Positions 36,997-47,843 of a DNA stretch of 64,000 bases are shown here, piece after piece; within the stretch, counting starts at the first letter, position 1, and every line of letters begins with the position of its first letter. The DNA is taken from the NCBI GenBank assembly GCA_041640595.1, contig JBEPZY010000004.1, positions 64,001 to 128,000 of the forward strand, written 5' to 3'. Position numbers and translations under genes: made by a program. The DNA comes from Gemmatales bacterium (lineage in GTDB: Bacteria > Planctomycetota > Planctomycetia > Gemmatales > HRBIN36). Under the pieces are notes generated by a model, which ran no database searches, was not told the DNA's origin, and saw nothing but the letters and a program-made list of their open reading frames with translations.

Positions 36997-38190
36997 ATGC
37001 ACGACCGGCAATGCTCCGGCAGGGAGCTTCCGGTCGGGCTCGAGGAACGAATCAAGGAACGAGCCCGGCAGTTGGGTTTTGCCCTGGCTGGTATTGCTGC
37101 CGCTGTGCCACCCGAAAGTTTACCCCATTTGCAAAACTGGTTAGCTCAAGGTCTGGCGGGTTCGATGGAATATATGCATCGTCAGGCGGAAGCTCGCTCT
37201 CATCCCCGCTACGTTTTCCCAGAGGTCCGCAGCATCGTCGTGGTTGGGCTGAATTATAAACCCGGGCACTGGGTGAGCCAGGAAGAATTGCCTGCCATGT
37301 CCGGTCGGATTTCCAGTTACGCCTGGGGGCGCGATTATCATCGGGTTGTGCGGAAGAAATTGCGGGAGCTGCTGCGGTGGTTGCAAGCGCAGGTTCCCGA
37401 ATGTCGCGGCCGTATTGCTGTGGACTCGGCACCGTTACTGGAGCGCGATTACGCACGGCAGGCGGGATTGGGCTGGTTCGGCAAAAACACCATGCTGCTG
37501 AACAAGCGTTACGGGAGCTTCTTTTTCCTGGGAGCACTATTGACGAATCTGGAATTGCGTCCCGATCCGCCGCTGGAGACATCGCATTGCGGAACATGCA
37601 CGGCTTGCCTGGAAGCGTGTCCGACGCAGGCATTCGTTGCCCCGAAAATTCTCGACGCCCGACGCTGTATCAGTTACCTGACCATTGAGCATCGCGGCCC
37701 GATTGCCAAGGAGTTGCGTCCGCAAATCGGCGATTGGGTGTTTGGTTGCGACGTGTGTCAGGAGGTTTGTCCCTGGAATCGTAAAGCCCCGCCGGGATCG
37801 GAACCTGAGCTGCAAGTGCGTCCGGAGCTGGCTGCGCCGGACTTGACGGCATGGTTCGAGTGGAGCGAGGAGCAATTTCGCCAGCACTTTGCGGGAACGG
37901 CTCTGTGGCGAGCCAGGCGAGACGGGTTACTCCGCAACGCGGCCATCGTGCTGGGTAATCGTAAAGACCCGCGTGCCGTGCCAGCTTTGTGTCGGGGCTT
38001 GTGGGACAGCTCGGCGGTTGTTCGCGGTGCCGCTGCCTGGGCATTGGGACAGATCGCCACGAACGAGGCTCTGAGTGCTCTGCATTCGCGGCTGGCCAGC
38101 GAAAACGACCCGGAAGTGCGCGAGGAAATCAAGACTGCCCTGGCCAGCGCAGGACAGTTACCTGCGATCACCGCCGGGATGGTTCGATGA
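36997..38190 (+). CDS. queG: Epoxyqueuosine reductase with C-terminal HEAT repeats
   Basis: [43 protein letters not shown]; start uncertain (36940 or 36997). Confidence 0.94.
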   Translation: MHDRQCSGRELPVGLEERIKERARQLGFALAGIAAAVPPESLPHLQNWLAQGLAGSMEYMHRQAEARSHPRYVFPEVRSIVVVGLNYKPGHWVSQEELPAMSGRISSYAWGRDYHRVVRKKLRELLRWLQAQVPECRGRIAVDSAPLLERDYARQAGLGWFGKNTMLLNKRYGSFFFLGALLTNLELRPDPPLETSHCGTCTACLEACPTQAFVAPKILDARRCISYLTIEHRGPIAKELRPQIGDWVFGCDVCQEVCPWNRKAPPGSEPELQVRPELAAPDLTAWFEWSEEQFRQHFAGTALWRARRDGLLRNAAIVLGNRKDPRAVPALCRGLWDSSAVVRGAAAWALGQIATNEALSALHSRLASENDPEVREEIKTALASAGQLPAITAGMVR

Positions 38191-39256
38191 GACCTTCGAG
38201 CGGGCTGGAAGCGGTGGCATAGAGCTTTTTGGGAATACGTCCCGCCCGATAGGCGAGACGGCCTGCTTGCCAGGCCCAACGCATAGCCCAGGCCATTCGC
38301 ACCGGGTCTTTCGCTTGCGCCACACCGGTGTTCAGCAAAACGCCATCACAGCCCAGCTCCATGGCGATGGTCACATCGCTGGCCGTGCCTACTCCTGCAT
38401 CCACAATGACCGGATACTGCGGGTCATCTTCCTTCAGGTATTCCAGGAGGATGCGGATGTTGTTGGGGTTGAGGATGCCCTGACCGCTGCCGATTGGGCT
38501 TCCGGCAGGCATAACGCTGGTGGCACCCGCCTGCTTGAGCCGACGAGCCAGAACTGGATCATCCGTCGTGTACACCAGCACCTGGAAACCCTCGGCCACC
38601 AGGCGCTCGGTCGCTTCCAGCGTGGCAATCGGGTCGGGCAGCAGGGTCTTGGGATCGCCGAGCACTTCCAGTTTGACCCATGCAGCGCCCGGATTGCCAT
38701 AGCCCTCCAGAATCTCCCGACCGAGTCGTGCATGACGCACGGCATCTTCTGCCGTGTAACATCCGGCGGTGTTGGGAAGAATGGTGTACTTTTTCGGGTC
38801 AATAAAGTCGAGAATGTTGCGGCCTTGTTTGTCGAAAAGCCGTTCCCGGCGAACGGCGACGGTCACAATTTCGCAACCACTTGCCTCGTGGCATTGCTGC
38901 ATGATTTCGAAACTGGGATACTTCCCCGAACCAAGAATGAGCCGACTGCGAAAGCGAAACTTGCCAATGACCAGCGGCTCGTCTTCCGGCTCGGCAACTT
39001 CCCCGCCACCGACCAGAGTAACAATTTCCACGCGATCGCCCGGACGTAAGACATATTCGCCCAGGCGAGTACGAGGGACGAGTTCCTGATTGACCTCGAC
39101 GGCAATACGCCGCGGTTCCAATCCTAGCCGGCTCAATAAGTCAGCCAATGTGTTGCCAGCTGGCACCCGGTATTGCTCACCGTTGACCCGGATTTCAATA
39201 GTTGGCCCTGCTGTGCCTGGCGACTCCGACCGCACCGTGGTGAATTCTTCGATCAT
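38168..39256 (-). CDS. thiG: ThiS-ThiG fusion (sulfur carrier plus thiazole synthase)
   Basis: ThiS-like N-domain (IRVNGE...IAVEVN...EIVTLVGGG) in frame with ThiG ([23 protein letters not shown]). Confidence 0.94.
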   Translation of the reverse strand: MIEEFTTVRSESPGTAGPTIEIRVNGEQYRVPAGNTLADLLSRLGLEPRRIAVEVNQELVPRTRLGEYVLRPGDRVEIVTLVGGGEVAEPEDEPLVIGKFRFRSRLILGSGKYPSFEIMQQCHEASGCEIVTVAVRRERLFDKQGRNILDFIDPKKYTILPNTAGCYTAEDAVRHARLGREILEGYGNPGAAWVKLEVLGDPKTLLPDPIATLEATERLVAEGFQVLVYTTDDPVLARRLKQAGATSVMPAGSPIGSGQGILNPNNIRILLEYLKEDDPQYPVIVDAGVGTASDVTIAMELGCDGVLLNTGVAQAKDPVRMAWAMRWAWQAGRLAYRAGRIPKKLYATASSPLEGLIEPSRR

Positions 39257-39415
39257 CGCTAGTCTTCCTTTGGTGATCCTCTCCAATGATTGTAGGCAGC
39301 AATCAGGGAAAACGGTCAAAACGTTGCTCATTCGCTAAGGCCTTGCCCCGCCGGCAGTAGGTGGCCATGCGAAAGCGGACCAGCGCCAATAAAATGCCAT
39401 AGCGGAGCTTGTGCT

Positions 39416-39640
39416 ATGAACCCACTGATTACCCTGGGCTGGATGCTGATCGTACTGGGCTTCGTCTTACTCTTGCTCGGCCTGGCGGGAAAAGTTCCCT
39501 GGCTGGGCCGACTGCCTGGTGATATTGTCATCGAACGAGACGGCCTGCGAATTTACATCCCGATTATGACTTCGCTGTTGCTGAGTGTCCTGTTGACGCT
39601 GGTGGTTTGGCTCATGCAGTGGTGGTATGGGCGTCGCTAA
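39416..39640 (+). CDS. DUF2905 small membrane protein
   Basis: WLGRLPGDIVIER...YIPIMTSLLLS. Confidence 0.88.
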   Translation: MNPLITLGWMLIVLGFVLLLLGLAGKVPWLGRLPGDIVIERDGLRIYIPIMTSLLLSVLLTLVVWLMQWWYGRR

Positions 39641-40331
39641 GACCGGCGAACAAAGCCGTGCCGATGCGTATCAGGGTCGCCCCTTCCCGAATGGCCCCGC
39701 GAAAGTCGTTGCTCATGCCCATGGAGAGATGGTGAAGCGTATGGGGTGTGCCTGCCAGTCGCAGCGCCAGTCGGTCGCGCAATTGTCGCAGGGCGGCAAA
39801 AGTGGGTCGGGCTGATTCGTGATCCGTGCCCAGTGGTGCCAGCGTCATCAGTCCTCGCACCCGAACATAGTGCAGCCCCGCCAGTGCATCGGGAACCTCC
39901 GCTTCCTGTTCAGGAACGAATCCGTGTTTGGCCGGTTCGCCGCTCAGGTTGAATTCCAGCAGCACCTCAGCGATGCGGTTGATCTTTTGGGCCGCTGCTT
40001 CAATCGCCGCCAGCAAGCGCCAACTATCTACCGAATGGATCAGGGTCACCAGGGGCAGAGTGCGCTCGACTTTGTTGCGTTGCAAATGGCCAACAAGATG
40101 CCAGCGCGCTTGTGGAATTGCCCCGGCTTTCCGCCACAGTTCCTGAGGACGGCTTTCGCCCAGGTCGCTAACCCCCAGTTCCGTCAAGAGTGCTGCCACT
40201 TCGCTACTGACGGTTTTCGTTACCGCAACCAGCCTGACCTCAGCTGGATCGCGATGGGCGACCCGGCAAGCATCGGCGATCTGGCTGGTAATGCGTTCCA
40301 GGTTGTTCCGCAAAATTTCGCGCACTTCCAT
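39612..40331 (-). CDS. yggS: PLP homeostasis protein (YggS/PLPBP)
   Basis: LVAVTK, WHLVGHLQRNK, GLMT, LSMGMSNDF, IRIGTALF; start at 40331 inferred. Confidence 0.94.
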   Translation of the reverse strand: MEVREILRNNLERITSQIADACRVAHRDPAEVRLVAVTKTVSSEVAALLTELGVSDLGESRPQELWRKAGAIPQARWHLVGHLQRNKVERTLPLVTLIHSVDSWRLLAAIEAAAQKINRIAEVLLEFNLSGEPAKHGFVPEQEAEVPDALAGLHYVRVRGLMTLAPLGTDHESARPTFAALRQLRDRLALRLAGTPHTLHHLSMGMSNDFRGAIREGATLIRIGTALFAGLSDAHTTTA

Positions 40332-40530
40332 AGCGATTCGTTGACGGTTATCAGCGGTCGGTGTTGGATGACCAGCCACCAGTGGTGGGATTCGCTGAAA
40401 ATGAGCGAATCCAGGGCGACTGGTGAGCCTGCTGTCGGCCATCCCGAGTCCGCGTAACCTGGCGGGTTCGCACACTTTGAAGCCGCCGAGCACGATCTCG
40501 TCCGTTTCCGTCAACCATCATCTCCCATTT

Positions 40531-41433
40531 TTATAGCGGGGCAGGTAAATCGCGACGGTGGAAGATTTCCGCGGCCAGGACGTACCCGGCCAGGCCGAGA
40601 CTTCCCAGCACCAACGGCGGACAAACTGACCACGAGAAGTTCGGAACCTGTACCCACCAGGAATTTTGCAGAATGTGTAATTGCGGCTGGAAGTAAAAGA
40701 ACAGTGTGGCCGGTCGGTAAGGCTCTAAAGGTGGCCAGAGTTGGCCGAACAGGTTTACCAGAAACATCACCAGCAACATCAGCAGCACACCGCCGGCCAC
40801 TTTCCAGCGCGACCGACCCAGAGCCGATGCTACCAGGGTCAGTCCGCTGACGGAAAAAGCCAGCGTCATCAGGTTAGTGGCTGCTATTGCATAGCTACTC
40901 AATACGACGCCTGGCAGTGCCAGCAGCCAAACTCCCAGAGCAGTTCCGAGCAGCATCGCTGCTGCCAGAACGGGCAGTGTGAGCAAATCGAGCAGCAGGT
41001 GAGTGTAAACCAGCTGTCGTCGGCTGATCGGCTGCGCCAGCAGTAATTCCAAGGTTCCTCGTTCCAGTTCTCCCGCAAGCGCTGCCGATCCGCGTCCCAC
41101 TCCCCAGAGGCACAGCACAAATTGCACGAATGGATGCACGTAACCGATGGTTAGAACCGTGGCTGGATCGTTCAGGTTGACCAGATCGCCGCCCAGGAGT
41201 GCATAAACGATCTGCCCCGGCCCTTCCCAGAAGCGTTTTTCCAAGGCCTTGATGGCCCACGGGGTGAGCCGCGCCAGTTCAAACACTTCGTTGATCAGGG
41301 GCATGACCTGACGGTAGATGCGATCGGCGATTTTGCACCATAGCAGTTCGTAAACGCCCAGCACCACGCACGCCAGTATAAACGGGCCGCGCCAATCGCG
41401 CCACAATTTGCTCAGCAATATCCGAGTGTTCAT
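40531..41433 (-). CDS. ABC-2 type transporter permease
   Basis: LAGELERGTLELLLAQPISR, multiple TM helices, C-terminal RRDLPAPL; overlaps the ATPase stop. Confidence 0.88.
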   Translation of the reverse strand: MNTRILLSKLWRDWRGPFILACVVLGVYELLWCKIADRIYRQVMPLINEVFELARLTPWAIKALEKRFWEGPGQIVYALLGGDLVNLNDPATVLTIGYVHPFVQFVLCLWGVGRGSAALAGELERGTLELLLAQPISRRQLVYTHLLLDLLTLPVLAAAMLLGTALGVWLLALPGVVLSSYAIAATNLMTLAFSVSGLTLVASALGRSRWKVAGGVLLMLLVMFLVNLFGQLWPPLEPYRPATLFFYFQPQLHILQNSWWVQVPNFSWSVCPPLVLGSLGLAGYVLAAEIFHRRDLPAPL

Positions 41434-42332
41434 GTTGCCGTACCGTGAATTTGCCGATAGAGCATCTCCAATCCGACGGGTTCGACGTGAATGTCTTCGA
41501 CTTCCTGTTGGGCGAGCCAGTTCAGGAGTGGTCGCAAAGATCCACGCACCAGCCAGGTCGACTGGTTACCCTCCCGACTGAGCAGGTTATCCGGGAACGG
41601 GCAGCCGTCCACGACCGGTTTTGCAAAACGTACGCGCACACGGCGACACTGTTGCAGATCGTCGAGATTTTCCAGAGCTGCAAGTCGCCCGCTTCGCAAA
41701 ATGGCCACGCGATCGCAAACCGCTTCCACTTCGCTGAGCACATGCGAGGAAAACACAATGGTTCGGCCGGCGTCGCGCAAGGCCCGCAGCAACTCAAACA
41801 GTTCGCCCCGCATCGCCGGGTCGAGGGTATTGGTCGGCTCGTCCAGGATCAGCAGTGAGGTTCGGGAAGCCAGCACACTTACCAGAGCCAATTTATGTTT
41901 CATTCCCGAAGAGAGCGTGCGGATAGGCCGGTCGAGATCGAGGGCGAAGCGTTTTGCCAGGCTTTCGACACTCCAGGGAGAAGGATCGCCTGCTACTTGC
42001 GGGGAAACCGCTGCTCGCAGGCCGCTGAAAAAGTTGAGCAATTCCCGACTGGTCAGATGTTCATAAAGCCGCAATTCCCCTGGCAAATAAGCCAGACGGC
42101 GTCGCACTTCCAGGCTCTGCTTCCAGCAATCGAAACCGCACACACTTGCCGTTCCCGCGGTGGGGCGCAGGAAGCCAAGCACCAGGCGGACGAAAGTGGT
42201 TTTGCCGGAACCGTTCGGCCCGAGCAAACCGACAATTTCGCCCTGGCGGATGCTCAAAGTAAGGTTTTCGAGCGCCACCACAGCACGGTAATGTTTTGTC
42301 AGGTTATGCGTCTGCAAAAGCACCCCGGCCAT
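41430..42332 (-). CDS. ABC transporter ATP-binding protein
   Basis: Walker A GPNGSGKT, LSSGM signature, LILDEP, SSH. Confidence 0.95.
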   Translation of the reverse strand: MAGVLLQTHNLTKHYRAVVALENLTLSIRQGEIVGLLGPNGSGKTTFVRLVLGFLRPTAGTASVCGFDCWKQSLEVRRRLAYLPGELRLYEHLTSRELLNFFSGLRAAVSPQVAGDPSPWSVESLAKRFALDLDRPIRTLSSGMKHKLALVSVLASRTSLLILDEPTNTLDPAMRGELFELLRALRDAGRTIVFSSHVLSEVEAVCDRVAILRSGRLAALENLDDLQQCRRVRVRFAKPVVDGCPFPDNLLSREGNQSTWLVRGSLRPLLNWLAQQEVEDIHVEPVGLEMLYRQIHGTAT

Positions 42333-42489
42333 TTTCGTCCCATAGCTAAATTTCTGGCAAAATCGGGTCAGCCTCGTGAGATATAATACCGGAAGGAAAA
42401 CCTTTCAGAGCCGCGGTCGGTAGGACATACCGTTGGCGGTAGCGATTGGGAATTGACGCTGAGCAGGATGGCTGCAGGAGACCTTCTGC

Positions 42490-44409
42490 ATGAACCCAGG
42501 CAGCCCGTGTCCATCTCCCGATGTGTGGCGTAGATGGTTGCGGCGATGGATTGAGCCATCCCCGGAGGAACAACAACGGTTGGCCCAGCATCTCGAAGGA
42601 TGTTCGGCGTGTCGGCGGTTGTTTGCTGCCGAGTATATCCGTCTGCAAATTTCGGAATTTGCCAGCCTGGACCATATCGTTCCTGAAGTGCTGGCCCGCG
42701 TGGAATGGTGTTTACGGGAACCCGTGCCGGATTCCGCGAGTGCAACCCCTCCTACGGTGGCGATGAGTCCGGCTGCAGTCGAGGAAATCATCAAACCCGC
42801 CGCAATTCCGGTCCGTCCGGAGAAACCGACACCTGGCGACGCAGCTGCAGATGCTGCAGCGGCGAAAGCCCGGCGGCCACGCATTTTCGGCAACTACTGT
42901 TTGTACCGCCGCCTCGGCGAAGGGGCTATGGGTGTGGTTTTTGAAGCCGAGGACATGCGCACGCGCAAACGGGTGGCACTGAAGTTGATGAAACCGGAAC
43001 TGGCCAACAATGTCACCAGCCGACAGCGGTTCCTTCGCGAGGCCCAGGCCGCTTCCGCTCTCCAACATTCCAACGTAGTGGCGATACACTAAGTCGGCGA
43101 ACTGAGCGAAATCCCGTTCATCGCCATGGAGTATCTCGTTGGCGAATCGCTCCGTGATCGAATCAAACGGGGTGGGGCGATGCCCTGGCGTGAGGCTTGC
43201 CGGATTGCCGCTGAAGTCGCTGATGGACTGGCCGCTGCTCACCGTCAGGGACTCGTTCACCGCGATGTCAAGCCAGCCAACATCTGGTTGCAGCATCCCG
43301 GCCAGCGTGTCAAACTGCTCGACTTCGGTCTGGTACGTTTGCAGCATCAGGATGTCGAACTGACCCGCGAAGGGCTTACCGTCGGCACACCTGCCTACAT
43401 GTCGCCGGAACAAATCCGTGGCCAGAACGTAGATGGTCGGTCGGATTTATTCAGCCTGGGCGTGGTGCTGTATGAGTGCCTGACAGGAAAAAGACCGTTC
43501 AGCGGGGACCAGGTGCTGGCGGTTATGGCCCAGGTTCTAACGCATGACCCCGCCCCACCGCGACAATTGAATCCACAGGTACCCGAGGCGGTCTCGAGGC
43601 TGGTCATGCAATTGCTGGCCAAAGATCCGGCACGGCGTCCTGCTTCTGCCAGCGAAGTGGCTGAGAACCTCCGCCAGTTAATCCGTTCGCCTTCGAGTCA
43701 GCCTGCAGCTCCGGAGCACAAGCACGACAAGCCAGATTCGCCGCAGTCAGTCCAGCCTAAAACGGTGGAACCAACTCTCGGGGGAACGCCCTGGGTATAT
43801 TGGCCTGCACCCAGTAGCACATCACCTCGAGAAGAACCGGAACCCCGGGAACCTGTCCCACCACGGCCGCGTAAACGCAAAAAATCCCGGCCTCCTGAAA
43901 GCCCCTGGAATCAATGGTTGTTATTAGCCGCGGTCATCGTGTTACCTGCGGCGTTGCTGCTTTTCATCGGCCATCAGTTGCTGGAATGGTTTCGAGAGAA
44001 GCCAGGTCTGGTCGCTGTCGAGGTAGAGGAAAAGGCTGTGCCATTCTGGAAGAACGCGGAGCTTCGCATTTACAGCGACAAAGATCGCATCGCAGCCGTG
44101 CTGAGACCCAATATGCCGACTGTCGAGTTGCCCCCCGGGCGTTACTGGGCAGTTCTACCCAGAGAGTGGACCGCGCACCTGCAGGTGGACAAGTTCGAGT
44201 TTCAAGTGGAGGCCAACCGTCGAACGATGCTGACCGTTCGGTTGCGCGGCGATATAGGGCAACCGGCACCTAAGCCTGAAGAGAAGCTGCCTGAAGAACC
44301 GTTGCCGAAACCGATTCCGCCTGCCGAACAACCGCCGGGTCAGGAATTGCAACCGCCTGGCGAAGGGAAAGTTTCCTATTGTGAGCGACGATCCAGGTGG
44401 CCAGTTTAG
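42490..44409 (+). pseudogene. Hanks-type Ser/Thr kinase (zinc-finger N-terminus, TM, extracellular domain) interrupted by in-frame TAA at 43090-43092
   Basis: HLEGCSAC; LGEGAMGVV, VALK, RFLREA; then ...VVAIH*VGELSEIPFIAMEYL... in the same frame; HRDVKPANI, DFG, GTPAYMSPE. Confidence 0.8.
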
Positions 44410-44511
44410 CCGCGAATTGTTGCGGAAAGTGTAAACGTGTATGACAGCGAGCTGGTTATTCGCTAAAATCACCGCCGGCGTCAGGTGGATAACCCAGGGC
44501 GGAGGGCAACT

Positions 44512-45387
44512 ATGCAGCGACGCGATTTCTTGCAATGGGGACTTTTCGGAGGAATGACGGCAGCCATTAGCCAGCTAACTTATGCCGCACCGTCATCTTC
44601 TGCCAACGTACCTGCGGCACGGTTTAAGTTGGGAATGGTCACCTACAACATCGCGGCGAAGTGGGACCTGGCAACGATCCTGCGGGTTTGCCGTAATGTC
44701 GGCCTGGCTGCCGTGGAACTGCGCACCACTCACGCCCACGGTGTCGAACCGGACCTACCAGCAGCCAAACGTGCCGATGTTCGCAAACAATTTGCCGACA
44801 GCGGTGTGGTGTTCTGGGGGTGCGGTACGGTCTGCGAGTTTCATTCTCCCGACCCCAGTCAGGTGCGCAAGAACATCGAAACTTGCAAAGAGTTTATTGA
44901 CCTGGTCGCCGACCTGGGCGGCAAAGGCGTGAAGGTACGCCCCAATGCTCTGCCCAAAGAAGTGCCCGTCGAAAAAACGCTGGCCCAGATCGGCCAGGCC
45001 TTACGGGAATGTGGCAAAGCAGCCGCAAACCGGGGCGTGGAAATCTGGCTGGAAGTGCACGGCCCGGGAACTTCCCACCCTCCGCATGTTCGCACCATCA
45101 TGGAACATTGCGGACTGGATAACGTCGGCATTACCTGGAACTCCAATCCTACTGACGTCAAAAACGGTTCGGTCAGCGAGTATTTCGAATTGCTCCGCCC
45201 CTGGCTCAAATCCTGCCACATCAACGAACTGTATTCCAGTTACCCCTGGCGAGAACTATTCACGCTGCTCCGGCAATGTGGTTACGATCGCTACACGCTG
45301 GCGGAGATTCCCGGCAGTCCCGATGTGGCCAGCGGCGAGCGATTGCTCCGCTATTACAAAACTCTCTGGCAGGAACTGATCCGTTAG
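44512..45387 (+). CDS. Tat-exported sugar phosphate isomerase/epimerase (xylose isomerase-like TIM barrel)
   Basis: Tat signal QRRDFL; VELRTTHAHG, WLEVHG, CHINE. Confidence 0.82.
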   Translation: MQRRDFLQWGLFGGMTAAISQLTYAAPSSSANVPAARFKLGMVTYNIAAKWDLATILRVCRNVGLAAVELRTTHAHGVEPDLPAAKRADVRKQFADSGVVFWGCGTVCEFHSPDPSQVRKNIETCKEFIDLVADLGGKGVKVRPNALPKEVPVEKTLAQIGQALRECGKAAANRGVEIWLEVHGPGTSHPPHVRTIMEHCGLDNVGITWNSNPTDVKNGSVSEYFELLRPWLKSCHINELYSSYPWRELFTLLRQCGYDRYTLAEIPGSPDVASGERLLRYYKTLWQELIR

Positions 45388-45503
45388 CGTCTTAGCCAAT
45401 CGCCAAGCGAAAGGGCCAGTGCGAACCACCAGTCCTGGCGCCTCACGATTACCATCATCCGCACTTATGGCGTCCTAAAAAGTGCCGGAAGGAATAGACG
45501 ATT

Positions 45504-46535
45504 ATGCCTGAAAAGATTCGTGTCGCTATCCTGGGTGCTTCAGGCTATACCGCGCGGGAACTGCTCCTGCTGCTGTTGCGGCATCCGCATGTCGAAATTG
45601 CAGCGGTGACCACACGTCAGGAAGGTAAAGAAGGCACGCCGCTGGTGAGCGAGTTGCATCCGAGTTTGTACGGTCGGTTAGCGATCCGGTGCGAACCGCT
45701 GGATGCCGAGGAATTAGCCCGGAGAGGTGTGCGCTGCGTTTTCGCTTGCCTGCCTCATGGCGTGAGCATGGAAATCGTGCCAGCACTGTTGCGGCTGGGA
45801 TTGCGAGTCATTGATCTCAGCGCTGATTACCGTCTCCGCGATCCCCAGATTTACCAGGAGTGGTATGGCGAACCCCACCACGATCCCGATCATCTGCGCC
45901 TGGCTGTTTACGGGTTGCCGGAAATTTACGGCCCGCAAATCCGCGAGGCGCTGCTGGTGGCCAATCCCGGTTGCTATCCGCAAACGGTGATTCTCGGTCT
46001 GGCCCCGCTCATCGCCCACGACTGGATCGAACGGGAAGACATCATCGCCGATAGCAAAAGTGGCGTTTCCGGAGCGGGGAGAGCACCTCGCCAGCATACG
46101 CATTTCCCCGAATGCAATGAAAGTGTTGCTGCCTACAGTGTGGGCAAACATCGCCACACACCAGAGATGGAACAGGTTCTCTCGGACGTAACCTCAGCAC
46201 CGGTACGCATCATTTTCACCCCGCACCTGGTGCCGATGGACCGCGGTATCTTCAGCACGATATACGTGCGTCCGCGGCGAGCGGTGTCGGAAGCGGAATT
46301 GTTTGAACTTTACCGCGACTATTATGCCCGCGCTCCGTTCGTGCGGATCGTGCCTCACCTTCCCAACTCCAAGGATACGACCGGCACCAATTTCTGCGAC
46401 ATTACATTACGGCTGGTGCGCGACCGTATTGTTGTGCTGGCCTGCGAGGATAATTTGATTCGCGGCGCCAGTGGTGTCGCCGTGCAAAATTTCAACCTGA
46501 TGTTCGGTTTCGAGGAAACCACTGCCTTGCTCTAA
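45504..46535 (+). CDS. argC: N-acetyl-gamma-glutamyl-phosphate reductase
   Basis: GASGYT, DLSADYRL, ANPGCY, SGVSGAG, DNLIRGASG. Confidence 0.97.
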   Translation: MPEKIRVAILGASGYTARELLLLLLRHPHVEIAAVTTRQEGKEGTPLVSELHPSLYGRLAIRCEPLDAEELARRGVRCVFACLPHGVSMEIVPALLRLGLRVIDLSADYRLRDPQIYQEWYGEPHHDPDHLRLAVYGLPEIYGPQIREALLVANPGCYPQTVILGLAPLIAHDWIEREDIIADSKSGVSGAGRAPRQHTHFPECNESVAAYSVGKHRHTPEMEQVLSDVTSAPVRIIFTPHLVPMDRGIFSTIYVRPRRAVSEAELFELYRDYYARAPFVRIVPHLPNSKDTTGTNFCDITLRLVRDRIVVLACEDNLIRGASGVAVQNFNLMFGFEETTALL

Positions 46536-46568
46536 CTATAGACCAAGCCGCTCCAAAAGTCGCTGCGG

Positions 46569-47639
46569 TCACCGTCGCGGGGGATGCACCATCTGGTTGA
46601 ACACGCTCGGATCGAACGGATCGGCGGGGGTACTGGCGGACGGCATCGGTTTGTTAGGCAAGCTGATGGGCGCTCGGTTCGTCGGCAGTACCGTTCCGCT
46701 GGCAAAAGGATTGGGCGGCAGGTTGTGGCTGGTCGGTATCGGTAGGCCAGGCGGATTATTCACGACATTGGGCGAGGCAGATGGCAGACGGGGTACCGTT
46801 GTCGGCGCGGACGATGCGGAACCGGTGCTGGTTCGTGCATTGCTGTCAAGGGGCGTAAAACTGTTCGGCAAACCAGCCGCTGGCCCAGAGGAGCTGCTTC
46901 CGACAATCGCTCCAGGCAAAGCCAGACCGCCAAGGCCTGGCGAACGTACTGGCTTTTCCGTACCGCGGCCATTCAGGGTGGGTAAAGGTGCACCGCCTGA
47001 CCAGGGCAGGGACGAATTGCCGACATTGCCAGGCAGTACGGGAGCAACTGCGGCGGGATTTGTCGGCCCTGGTGCAAAAACAGGGGCGGGCGAATTGCCC
47101 ATCGGCACTGCCGGAGCTACCGGGTTCGTGCCGGAGGCGGTTACGCTGACCGGCGGTGAAACACTGGTTTCCGGGGCAGTCCTGGCCAGATCGTGGCCGT
47201 TTGCGTTGGAACCTGTTTTGCCGGCAACTTCGAGCACCCAGTTTTCGAGTGTTCGATAAGCGGCACTATTCGCACCTGGTAACGGTGGGCGAGTGCTTCC
47301 CCCGTGTGGCTGTAAGGCCTGCTGCAATAACGGGCTTTCCCGCGGCTTTTCGAGATTCAAAAGCGGCAGCACCTGAGCGAGGTTATGCTCGGTCATCAGC
47401 GGAGTCAGTTGACTGAATCGGACAGGCACCCGCAATTCCAAGCCGGGAGCATCAGCACGACCGTGACAGGCCAGGCTACCGCAGCAGTTGAACAGGATCG
47501 GCTGTATGCGGCGAGTGAAAGCCAGTCGGGCTTCATCTGTTAGAAGCGGTTGTGCTGGCTGAGCATGCAGACTGTCGGCCGTCAGCAACATGGCCAGCAC
47601 ATAGACCGTGGCCCAGCCGAATTTCCACCTACCTGGCAC
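46569..47639 (-). CDS. Exported hypothetical protein with CxxxxCH motif and long Pro/Ser/Gly-rich tail
   Basis: GTG start with GGAGG RBS, signal peptide, FTRRIQPILFNCCGSLACHG, PHGG; low-complexity C-terminal half. Confidence 0.7.
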   Translation of the reverse strand: MPGRWKFGWATVYVLAMLLTADSLHAQPAQPLLTDEARLAFTRRIQPILFNCCGSLACHGRADAPGLELRVPVRFSQLTPLMTEHNLAQVLPLLNLEKPRESPLLQQALQPHGGSTRPPLPGANSAAYRTLENWVLEVAGKTGSNANGHDLARTAPETSVSPPVSVTASGTNPVAPAVPMGNSPAPVFAPGPTNPAAVAPVLPGNVGNSSLPWSGGAPLPTLNGRGTEKPVRSPGLGGLALPGAIVGSSSSGPAAGLPNSFTPLDSNARTSTGSASSAPTTVPRLPSASPNVVNNPPGLPIPTSHNLPPNPFASGTVLPTNRAPISLPNKPMPSASTPADPFDPSVFNQMVHPPRR

Positions 47640-47843
47640 TGCATTCCTCCCATCGTACGGCAGTGATGGATCGAATATGGTTACAGTTCCGGCAGGGTGC
47701 ACTTCTGTTATCGCAAAATGAACGCCGAGGCACGTCCATAACTTTTGGCGGTGCTATCCTCTGACTGCCAGGGTTCTCGATAGCCGTCAGGAAATGAATG
47801 TCCCCCGACCATGAGTGTATAAGCGTCGAATCGCAGCTACTGG

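Noticed and set aside
38168..39640. Short convergent overlaps queG/thiG (23 bp) and DUF2905/yggS (29 bp)
   Set aside because: Ordinary 3' overlaps in a compact GC-rich genome.
43090..43092. Selenocysteine or pyrrolysine recoding in the kinase
   Set aside because: The stop is TAA, not TGA or TAG, and other genes here end in TAA normally.
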